From Pseudomonadota bacterium (GTDB lineage Bacteria > Bdellovibrionota > UBA1018 > CAIMNF01), in the NCBI GenBank assembly GCA_027486675.1, contig JAIXOQ010000033.1, forward strand, positions 1 through 64,000: a stretch of DNA of 64,000 nt, read 5' to 3'. Positions within the stretch are counted from its first letter, which is position 1; each line of letters begins with the position of its first letter. Under the pieces are notes generated by a model, which worked only from the letters and a program-made list of their open reading frames with translations, was not told the DNA's origin and did not search any database. The position numbers and the translations under genes are program-made. Below, one piece after another: positions 56,760-64,000 of the stretch.

Positions 56760-57344
56760 ATGCAGGCCTTGCTTGAATGGCACTTTTCCACAAAACCTCA
56801 AACAGACAACGCCGAGGTTTCTGGAACTAGAGATGTTTTTGAAGCTCGGTCTCAAAAAGTATTTTCTGCTCTTCTAAAACATGGTTTTACCGAATCTGAT
56901 GCAAGCCTGGTCTATTCAATCATTGGAGAACTCGGCAATAACTCCTTTGACCACAATCTCGGTTTTTGGCGCGATCAGCCCGGCTGTTACTTCAGTTTTG
57001 AGTTCGATGCTTCGGGCGTAACCCTTGGACTGGCAGACCGCGGACGTGGGATCTTTAACTCGCTCAAGAGAGTCCTTCCAGAACTCCAGAGCGACCAAGA
57101 GGCAATCGAAATTGCTTTTCAAAGAGTCATCTCAGGTCGCGCCCCTGAGCAGCGTGGTAATGGACTTAAATTTGTGCGGGCGATCATCAATGGCAATCCA
57201 AAACGAGGGCTTGTAGCTCGTTCTGGCACAGGTCTACTCGCCTGTGGTGGCCATGCAAGTTGGATCGCTACGACATCGAACTCACTTTTTTCGGAACCCA
57301 CCGTAGGCGGCACAATCGCTCTTATTCGCTGGGAGAAACCATGA
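56760..57344 (+). CDS. GHKL-superfamily ATPase (HATPase_c; anti-sigma-factor/partner-switching kinase-like)
   Basis: N-box ELGNNSFDH, G1 box DRGRGI, G2 box GNGLKF; 194 aa with no sensor or transmitter domain. Confidence 0.6.
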   Translation: MQALLEWHFSTKPQTDNAEVSGTRDVFEARSQKVFSALLKHGFTESDASLVYSIIGELGNNSFDHNLGFWRDQPGCYFSFEFDASGVTLGLADRGRGIFNSLKRVLPELQSDQEAIEIAFQRVISGRAPEQRGNGLKFVRAIINGNPKRGLVARSGTGLLACGGHASWIATTSNSLFSEPTVGGTIALIRWEKP

Positions 57345-57607
57345 AAATACAGATGGTGAAATTTGGAGAGTTTTTGATGTCGCGCCCAGCGGGACATGAA
57401 GCGGCGCAAATCATCGTTGAAAATTTCAGACCCGCGTCCCACGACGAAGTGATTGAGCTCGACTTTCTGAACGTGAAAGCAATCGGCCCATCCTGGTTGC
57501 ACGAAGTGGTCAAAGGACTGCGTGGCAGTTACCCAAACCAGATCCAAGTTTTAGATCAAGGCAATGCCTCCGTGATTGAGTCACTCAAGTTTGTCGATCT
57601 TCGGTAG
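57341..57607 (+). CDS. STAS-like domain protein (DUF4325-like), translationally coupled to the upstream ATPase
   Basis: ATGA start/stop overlap; GGGAGA RBS; MKIQMVKFGEFLMSRPAGHEAAQIIVENF...IELDFLNVKAIGPSWLHEVV. Confidence 0.55.
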   Translation: MKIQMVKFGEFLMSRPAGHEAAQIIVENFRPASHDEVIELDFLNVKAIGPSWLHEVVKGLRGSYPNQIQVLDQGNASVIESLKFVDLR

Positions 57608-57680
57608 CTGCGGCCCAAGTAAACATCAGATCATTTTGGTTTCACGGCCGGCCGAGCTCGATTGAGCTCCCCAGCACTGC

Positions 57681-57694
57681 CGTTTCCGGAAACG
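57681..57694 (+). promoter_or_regulatory. 14-bp palindrome CGTTTCCGGAAACG upstream of cassette copy 3
   Basis: Second exact occurrence. Confidence 0.35.
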
Positions 57695-57741
57695 AAAATT
57701 TCCTAGGCGTTTCATGACCTTAGCTTAGGCAACTTTTGCCA

Positions 57742-57765
57742 ATGACGAGCCCCCCCATCTAAAGT
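57742..57765 (+). promoter_or_regulatory. degenerate cassette promoter (ATGACG ... TAAAGT) with C7 tract and shortened spacer
   Basis: C7 at 57750-57756; spacer is 12 nt versus 16 nt in copies 1 and 2. Confidence 0.3.
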
Positions 57766-57830
57766 GGAAAAATTGCCGAGGCGGGCGGTCTGCTTCGGCG
57801 CGGGATAATATGTAGGGAGATCATACAGAA

Positions 57831-58082
57831 ATGATGAAGATTTTTGGGCTCATGGCGTTAGGGATGGTGGTGTTGGCAGGGGCTGCGGAGGCGAAGCGAA
57901 TTTGCAGACAAGGATCTCCAGCAACTGGATGTTCGATAGAGTGCACATCCCAAAGTTCCAACGATTGTACTATTGCGTGCACTGGATCTCAGTGCCGTGT
58001 TATCAGATCGGGTGGCCCCGATTATTATGGGGAGTGCTACGGCAAAGCTGTTCAAAAGAACAACACTGCTGCTTCCAAATAA
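57831..58082 (+). CDS. secreted cysteine-rich protein, cassette copy 3 (8 Cys)
   Basis: MMKIFGLMALGMVVLAGAAEA|KRICRQGSPATGCSIECTSQSSNDCTIACTGSQC... Confidence 0.55.
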   Translation: MMKIFGLMALGMVVLAGAAEAKRICRQGSPATGCSIECTSQSSNDCTIACTGSQCRVIRSGGPDYYGECYGKAVQKNNTAASK

Positions 58083-58207
58083 ACATTAGATTATCAAATA
58101 CTACCCCTTTTGTGTGCTGCGTCCGCAGTCATCCTGAAAGGGGGCCCTCTCTCCAGTTACCGATACCCGAAACAAATTTTTCCTAACCAAGACTCAGCCC
58201 AAGAAAC

Positions 58208-58444
58208 TCACTTCACGCACTTTCCACTGGAGAGCTTCAGTCCTGCATCGCATTTACCCGAGGCGCAGGCCTGGCCGAGTGCGCACTCTGTCTTTGAGGA
58301 CGACGTGCCTACAGTAACCGGAACAGGCCTACAGTTGCCGCGATCCGGTACATAACCAGGAGGACACTTCCGGTCCGTGGTGGCCCCGAAGGAACTGGAA
58401 CAACAAACTAACCCCAAAAAAACCATGAAACCAAAAGTTCTCAT
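58208..58444 (-). CDS. small secreted cysteine-rich protein
   Basis: Signal peptide MRTFGFMVFLGLVCCSSSFG; mature region with 6 Cys. Confidence 0.5.
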   Translation of the reverse strand: MRTFGFMVFLGLVCCSSSFGATTDRKCPPGYVPDRGNCRPVPVTVGTSSSKTECALGQACASGKCDAGLKLSSGKCVK

Positions 58445-58473
58445 TGTTGCCTCCTAGATCCCTAAAACTTCAG

Positions 58474-58812
58474 TTATCTACACTGACCAGCACCTAACTT
58501 TTTCCCTGGGAGACACACACTGCCAGGCAGTGCAATCTTCCCGCGCGCCTTACAGTTAAAGTAGAAACGGCTCTGCTTACCTACGAAAGCGGTTGGCGAA
58601 CAAGCCATTGCGCCAGTCAAGTCTGCTACGTCTTCATTTCTGCTATTACAGCAGGAAAGTGCGCGAGTATTGTGTTCCGACGTAAAAAGGCACAAAACAG
58701 GCCCGCTTGTCGCATTCGGAGTCGTCATAAACTGACGTGACGCATTGTCCGACGGTATACAAGTTTGAGCACCTGCCGAAATGGATAAAAGAGCGCTAAG
58801 TAGAATGATCAT
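58474..58812 (-). CDS. small secreted cysteine-rich protein
   Basis: Signal peptide MIILLSALLSISAGAQT; 8 Cys including CC. Confidence 0.5.
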   Translation of the reverse strand: MIILLSALLSISAGAQTCIPSDNASRQFMTTPNATSGPVLCLFTSEHNTRALSCCNSRNEDVADLTGAMACSPTAFVGKQSRFYFNCKARGKIALPGSVCLPGKKLGAGQCR

Positions 58813-58898
58813 AAAAATCCCCTTCTACAAGCTTATCGACACAACGCGATAAAAATCAACGTGTCCCGACAGACACACAAAACCCTACTCGCCAAGAC

Positions 58899-60533
58899 TC
58901 AGGGAGAGGCAGGCATTATCCCCTGCCCGAAAATCACCCCACGCTGAGGACCTCGAAGCGGAAGGTCTTCCCACGAAGTGCTCGATACCAAACACTCGCC
59001 CATCAGTTTTGCGCCTGCGAGCTGAGGATCGGTGTGCTTTGGGATGATCTTCTCTTCCGTCACCTCAAACTTTGAACCCCGAAGCTTGAGGCACGACAAA
59101 CCCTTAAAACCGCGATCTAGGCAAGTCAGCATGCGTCCAAAGTCATAGGCCTGGGAACACTGCAAATCCCGTCCCAGTCGCATCTGTGAAAAAATACGTT
59201 CATCGCTATAGTTAGGGCGCTCCGCTTCACTCAAAACACTTCTGTAGTCATTTCCATGGATCAAGGCAGAACAACCCGGAAGATGTTTCGAGCTTTTCGC
59301 GCACAGATAGTCGACATCAAATAGATACTTTTTCAGCGCGCCAAGATAATGATGGATCGCCTCCACATTTTTCCGTCGCCCCCACAGATCGGAACTATGG
59401 TGCGTACTTAAGAAAGCCCCCGTGTAGTCAGCAAGAAACTGCACACGAACAATCAAATCCCGAACCCGCGAAACTTCAGCTGCGTAAAATGCGAGTGTAC
59501 GGCACGCACTTTTGATCGACTGGCGATCTGGACTTGACACTAACTCATCCTCGTCATTTTCGTAATCGAGGAGAGTATTGTATTTGACGTACTTCGCCCT
59601 GAGCGGTGGGATGACTTTACTATTTTTGATTTCTGTCTCTGCACGTTTGAGAAACGCCTGAAAGACATTAGAAAACATCTGATCCCCTGAAAAAGAAAGG
59701 GCATCAAAGGTCAAAAGTTGGGATGCATCTTCGGGTGTCGCCATAGAACTCTTGGGTCCCGACGATTCCGCCTCAGCAATAAGCACAGGGAGGTTCGTCC
59801 TCACTTGCAATTCAAGATTCGAGTCTTCGCTTGAAACTCGTTTCTTTCGATTCAGGGAATAACTCAATTTTAAGATCTTGTCAGCCTCCTCCCGAGAGAG
59901 AACTTTCCCCAGTAGTTCCCCCGTAGGATTCAACAATTTATCCAGCTCAGCAATCGCATCGACCTGCGTACCGCGTGTCTCATCCTTGCTTTGCTTTTTT
60001 CGGATCAAGAGTAGATCCAGGACGTAGCCCTCCTGGACAACTGAGAGATAGCCAAAGCCGCATTTTTGCCGAAATGAGGCGACACTTGATTTTAATTGGT
60101 CAAGGTCACTCGGGATCATTTTGTACTCTGCTTCGGAATGAACATCCCGAAATAGCTCTAATCGGATATGGCGAACTTCACTTTCATTTGACCCCAAAAT
60201 GGATCGACTTACGCCCACCTTAAGGGCATCACCGACAGCCATCCCTGAAGAGGTAGCAAGCTCAAGCTCGCTAAAAGAAGAAATTTTGGAGTTGGAATAA
60301 CGAACACTAAACTCACCCAAATTTCTTAAACTGGGTATTTCGAAGCCTACCGCATTCTGCTCAACGCAAGTGCCCGCCTTGAAGTCACCGGTATAGACAT
60401 CAGCAGCTTGCCCATTAAAGACGCTTTCCTGCATGAGACTTACGTCGAGCACATCGACGGAGGACGCGCCAAAGGCATGATTTCCTTGGAATATCGCAAC
60501 CATCAGACCACACACCCCGAAGAGCTTAAACAT
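58899..60533 (-). CDS. large hypothetical secreted protein (544 aa)
   Basis: Start taken at MFKLFGVCGLMVAIFQGNHAFGA signal peptide; no family recognised. Confidence 0.5.
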   Translation of the reverse strand: MFKLFGVCGLMVAIFQGNHAFGASSVDVLDVSLMQESVFNGQAADVYTGDFKAGTCVEQNAVGFEIPSLRNLGEFSVRYSNSKISSFSELELATSSGMAVGDALKVGVSRSILGSNESEVRHIRLELFRDVHSEAEYKMIPSDLDQLKSSVASFRQKCGFGYLSVVQEGYVLDLLLIRKKQSKDETRGTQVDAIAELDKLLNPTGELLGKVLSREEADKILKLSYSLNRKKRVSSEDSNLELQVRTNLPVLIAEAESSGPKSSMATPEDASQLLTFDALSFSGDQMFSNVFQAFLKRAETEIKNSKVIPPLRAKYVKYNTLLDYENDEDELVSSPDRQSIKSACRTLAFYAAEVSRVRDLIVRVQFLADYTGAFLSTHHSSDLWGRRKNVEAIHHYLGALKKYLFDVDYLCAKSSKHLPGCSALIHGNDYRSVLSEAERPNYSDERIFSQMRLGRDLQCSQAYDFGRMLTCLDRGFKGLSCLKLRGSKFEVTEEKIIPKHTDPQLAGAKLMGECLVSSTSWEDLPLRGPQRGVIFGQGIMPASP

Positions 60534-60580
60534 GGGACCGAATACTATAGAATTTCGATCTAAAGTACAATCCATTGAAA

Positions 60581-61234
60581 TCAAAGACTCACCCACGGGT
60601 TTGGGATGCGCGCAAAGACCGGCACAATCGCAATTTCTGTAAATCCTTGCTTGAGAAACTGTGGGGTAGAAGTCTTGGGCTGCGTCATCGCCACCTCGAC
60701 TCTGACCTGATGGACATTTGCGAGCCTGTACGACCGTGCGCGCATCAAATCCGCGTAAAGCCCCTCTTTCCTCCGTTCAGGCACCACAAAAGCACCCCGG
60801 AGGTACGCTTGATCCGCGACTTGAAAAGAACTCACCCCACCCACGATATCGCCGCCTTCTTCCACAATCAGCGTTTCGTGCCTTGAGTCATTGAGTAAAA
60901 AATACGTCGACTCTATAAGCTGATTCTTAAAATTAGGGTGGATCTGCCAAGCGCGGATTTTACTTTCAACAAAGCGAGGCACGTCTTTCACTTCAAGGAT
61001 CCGAAACCGATTCATATCGGGGCAGATCAGTTTCGCTGGATCCAGCGACCGCATCAGCGCGCGGATCTGAATCACCTCCAGCACTTTGCATTCATCTACA
61101 AGATATCGGTGTAAATCCGGATGCGAACAGGGCCAGAGATGAATCGTGAAATTTGCACTTCTGCGATCATACGCATCGATCACCGCACGAATCTCATGAA
61201 ACCGAGACGGGGGCAGACGCATTCTTGTGATCAA
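60581..61234 (-). CDS. GNAT family N-acetyltransferase-like protein
   Basis: C-terminal IVGGVSSF...AYLRGAFVVPERRKEGLYADLM acetyl-CoA-binding-like motif. Confidence 0.5.
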   Translation of the reverse strand: MITRMRLPPSRFHEIRAVIDAYDRRSANFTIHLWPCSHPDLHRYLVDECKVLEVIQIRALMRSLDPAKLICPDMNRFRILEVKDVPRFVESKIRAWQIHPNFKNQLIESTYFLLNDSRHETLIVEEGGDIVGGVSSFQVADQAYLRGAFVVPERRKEGLYADLMRARSYRLANVHQVRVEVAMTQPKTSTPQFLKQGFTEIAIVPVFARIPNPWVSL

Positions 61235-61362
61235 ATTGTGCCAGCGCTCTTTTGAGGCAGGGGAATCAACATAGGCGAACTCTGGTTCGTACTGGACGAA
61301 AGCGCCGGGAGTGACCGAACTGGTTGCAAGAAAACTAAATTGTATGAAGTCGTCGAGAAGAA

Positions 61363-61731
61363 TTACTCTTCCTCCCCGTCATCTTCATCGTCCTTCTTGC
61401 CGCGCCGACGAATCATGTCTTCCGAAATCGGCTTACCGGCCAGGGATTCATTCACCTCGGTGCGAAGCACCTGCGAGGGCTTAAACGTCAGGACCCGGCG
61501 CGCTGAAATCTGTATGGCGCTTCCGGTCTGCGGATTGCGGCCGGCACGCGATGGTTTTTCGCGGACTAAAAAATTGCCAAAGCCCGAGATCTTAATCTTA
61601 TCGCCCTTTTCTAAAGAGTCTTTCATGGTGTCAAAGATGAGCTCGACCATATCGACGGCCTCTTTTTTTGAAAAGCCTATGCGCTCATGAATCGCGTCAA
61701 CTAGGTCTGCTTTCGTTAGTGCCACCGGCAT
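61363..61731 (-). CDS. ihfA: integration host factor alpha subunit (HU/IHF family) with acidic C-terminal tail
   Basis: Downstream of pheT in the conserved pheST-ihfA arrangement; GFGNF, R-x-G-R-NP motifs. Confidence 0.85.
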   Translation of the reverse strand: MPVALTKADLVDAIHERIGFSKKEAVDMVELIFDTMKDSLEKGDKIKISGFGNFLVREKPSRAGRNPQTGSAIQISARRVLTFKPSQVLRTEVNESLAGKPISEDMIRRRGKKDDEDDGEEE

Positions 61732-61758
61732 GCTCCTTCAACTTTTCTTAACGCCACC

Positions 61759-64000
61759 CTACCTGAGAGCAGCCCCAGTTTCTTTTGCCCAGGCCTCGAC
61801 CATCATTTTGGACGCCCGCTCGACCTCTGCTTCCTCAAGACTGCGGGTCGCATCCGAAAAACTCACTCGAATTGCGACACTCACTTTTCCTTCCGGTAAC
61901 GGAGATCCCTTATAAATATCAAAGACTTTCGCGCCCTTGGCAATCGGCTTACCCGCACGAAGCCCCACCTGCACCAAACGATCCGAGGCAGTCGCGCTAT
62001 CGACGACGAGTGCAAAGTCCCGCTCCATCCCAGGAAACTTAGGCCAATCCTTAAATTGGGCCTCAGCGGCCATCATGAGGGGCAACACAGCATCTAGGTC
62101 GAGCTCACACGCATAGAGCGGCTGGCGCAGACCCAAGCCCTTCTCCAGTCGGGGGTGCAGGCGTCCTGCATAACCCACTCGGCTCTTCCCTACCCACACT
62201 TCGAGTGCTTGGCCTGGATGAAAGGTCGCAGGGATCGGGTCACGAGTTGCAGCAATCAGACGTACCCCTGAGGTACGGGTGCGTGCAAAGAGGCCTTCTA
62301 ACACAGCTTTTAGGTCAAAGAAGTCAACAACTCGGAGGTCCTGACGTAGGGCGTCTGAATGATCCCTGCCCGTCAATACGAACGCGGCCTTCAAAGTTTC
62401 TTTCACCCCGGTGTCGTGACTCCCTACTGCGGCAATGGGTTGGTCAGTCGAATGGAAGGTTGGCCTCACTTCAAAGAGGCGAATCGAAATGGGCTCTGCA
62501 CCAAAATGGTGTCGCTCATTTTCAAGGACCGCCTTCAACAGCCCTGGCAACAAGGATGACACTAAACATTCATGGTCCTCGGTCAGAGGGTTTTGAACCC
62601 GCACCTGGGACGGCAAACCACAACGCTCTAAGAATGTGGAACTTTGAAACGAAAGACTGACAGCTTCAAAAAATCCCAGCTCAACCAATGCATCTTTGGT
62701 TGCATCGATGCGCCTAAGCCTTTGAGCCACAGCCGACTCACGAACAGGCCTGGCTGCAAGGTCTGCTGCAAAAGGAAGCGTCAAAGGAATTTCGTCATAG
62801 CCAATGCAACGAGCTACTTCCTCGATAAAATCTTCTGCAATGTTTAAATCACGACGGAACGTCGGAGGCGTGATAGAAAATTTTCCGCCCGAACGATCGA
62901 CCGAACACTGAAGACCCATCAGAATCTTCGAGATCTCTTCTGGCGATAGACTCATCCCGAGTTGATCCCCGATATAGCTTTCGGAAAACTGCACAACATG
63001 CGAACGCACCTGACTTCGCGCCGGGCTCTGCTTGAACGAAGCACCCACCAGGACCCCCCCAGCCACACGACTCACTAAGTCGGCAAGACGCTTCATCGCC
63101 TTTTCTGGCCCAGTGGAATCAATCCCTTTTTCAAACCGGAGGGATGCCTCGCTTCGGCGGGCGTGCAAGGACGCCGCACGACGCACAAGGACGGGACTAA
63201 ATTCGGCACACTCTAAAAAGATATTCTTCGTCGTTGCACGGACTTCGCTATTGCCGCCGCCCATGACCCCTGCAAGTCCAACGGTCTTCTTGCCATCGCG
63301 GATCACAAGCTCAAATCCCTGAAGCTTCACCGTGCCACCATCCAGAAGTGCGAGCTCCTCTCCTGGAGTCGCAACATCCACCGCGATAGTATCGCCCTCC
63401 AAAAGATCCGCATCGTAGATGTGCACTGGAAATCCAAGATCAAGCATCACGAAGTTACTGACATCGACCAGATTGTTGATGGCTCTTTGACCCACGCTTT
63501 CTAAGCGAGTCTTTAACCAAGCCGGCGATTCCTTTTGAATAACACCTTTCACTAGCGCACCCGCGAACTGAGGCGCATTTTCTCCGGCTTTCAGTTCAAT
63601 TTGCACGGGACTTCCAGCCCAAGCAATTTCGGGAATCTTCTGGGTTTTGAGTGGGACTCCAATGGCTGCTGCCACTTCGCGTGCAATGCCGTAGTGACTG
63701 AGGCAATCCCCTCGGTTGGCTGTGAGCTTAATTTCTAAGATCACATCGTCACGCTCTAAGACATCGGCAATTTTCCAGCCCACGGGTGTGCCTTCAGGTA
63801 AAATAAAAATGCCTTCGGCTTTATCTTTTAGGCCAAGCTCTTCTTCCGAACAAAGCATTCCGAAAGACTCAACCCCGCGAATTTTTGATTTCTCAATCTG
63901 AAGCCCATTCGGGAGTTTTGCGCCGATATTGGCGAGTACTACAACATCCCCGCGCTTCATGTTTTGCGCGCCACAGACAATTTGTAAATAAGGAGCCGCA
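61759..64000 (-). CDS. pheT: phenylalanine--tRNA ligase beta subunit (5'-partial; continues beyond window end)
   Basis: The frame stays open to position 64000; residues before the first in-window Met (…LQIVCGAQN) match the PheT tRNA-binding domain. B3/B4, B5 and C-terminal anticodon-binding domains are present. Confidence 0.9.
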   Translation of the reverse strand, partial: AAPYLQIVCGAQNMKRGDVVVLANIGAKLPNGLQIEKSKIRGVESFGMLCSEEELGLKDKAEGIFILPEGTPVGWKIADVLERDDVILEIKLTANRGDCLSHYGIAREVAAAIGVPLKTQKIPEIAWAGSPVQIELKAGENAPQFAGALVKGVIQKESPAWLKTRLESVGQRAINNLVDVSNFVMLDLGFPVHIYDADLLEGDTIAVDVATPGEELALLDGGTVKLQGFELVIRDGKKTVGLAGVMGGGNSEVRATTKNIFLECAEFSPVLVRRAASLHARRSEASLRFEKGIDSTGPEKAMKRLADLVSRVAGGVLVGASFKQSPARSQVRSHVVQFSESYIGDQLGMSLSPEEISKILMGLQCSVDRSGGKFSITPPTFRRDLNIAEDFIEEVARCIGYDEIPLTLPFAADLAARPVRESAVAQRLRRIDATKDALVELGFFEAVSLSFQSSTFLERCGLPSQVRVQNPLTEDHECLVSSLLPGLLKAVLENERHHFGAEPISIRLFEVRPTFHSTDQPIAAVGSHDTGVKETLKAAFVLTGRDHSDALRQDLRVVDFFDLKAVLEGLFARTRTSGVRLIAATRDPIPATFHPGQALEVWVGKSRVGYAGRLHPRLEKGLGLRQPLYACELDLDAVLPLMMAAEAQFKDWPKFPGMERDFALVVDSATASDRLVQVGLRAGKPIAKGAKVFDIYKGSPLPEGKVSVAIRVSFSDATRSLEEAEVERASKMMVEAWAKETGAALR

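Noticed and set aside
1-64000. CRISPR arrays, rRNA genes, prophage or integrase remnants
   Set aside because: No regularly spaced short direct repeats, no rRNA-like sequence, and no integrase or phage structural genes were seen; the only mobile gene is the IS1-family transposase.

Overview
This 64 kb window looks like a compact, gene-dense bacterial chromosome segment of about 50% GC. The gene content (DUF3015/DUF4105 pair, many OmpA-type lipoproteins with TSP3-like repeats, YCII-sigma factor pair, ECF sigma + DUF3106 operon) suggests a Bdellovibrio-like predatory bacterium; that placement is inference from gene content only.

Housekeeping genes with confident calls:
- class III aminotransferase and CoA-transferase A/B
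- tRNA-Glu(UUC)
- class Ia ribonucleotide reductase nrdAB, with a glutaredoxin downstream
- RNase D, release factor 3, acyl-CoA synthetase, soluble lytic transglycosylase
- ihfA and the 3' part of pheT, which runs off the window end

Accessory and regulatory content:
- a LysR / NTF2-like / ABM cluster, and two tandem paralogous LysR regulators with an orphan CheY-like receiver
- a DevBCA-like HlyD / FtsX-permease / ATPase efflux set
- two CsbD paralogs and a tiny lmo0937-family ORF that the ORF track missed
- a sigma-54 activator, a GH1 glycosidase, and an ECF sigma / anti-sigma operon
- an intact-looking IS1-family element with perfect 24-bp terminal inverted repeats, abutting an N-terminally truncated hotdog thioesterase gene
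- a VapBC toxin-antitoxin pair

The most unusual region is 53.2–58.8 kb. It holds eight genes for small secreted cysteine-rich proteins: three in an overlapping operon, two more on the minus strand, and three on the plus strand inside a thrice-repeated cassette. The cassette is conserved promoter + conserved signal peptide + hypervariable Cys-rich mature domain + strong terminator.
- Each cassette promoter carries a poly-C tract (10, 10 and 7 C) inside the -35/-10 spacer, a classic phase-variation layout.
- Copy 2 is followed by a translationally coupled GHKL-type ATPase + STAS-like (DUF4325) pair that resembles a partner-switching module.
- Copy 1 carries the same module in decayed form: the ATPase gene is internally deleted and the STAS gene has a GAA>TAA nonsense codon.
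- Copy 3 lacks the module.

No CRISPR array, rRNA or prophage was seen.
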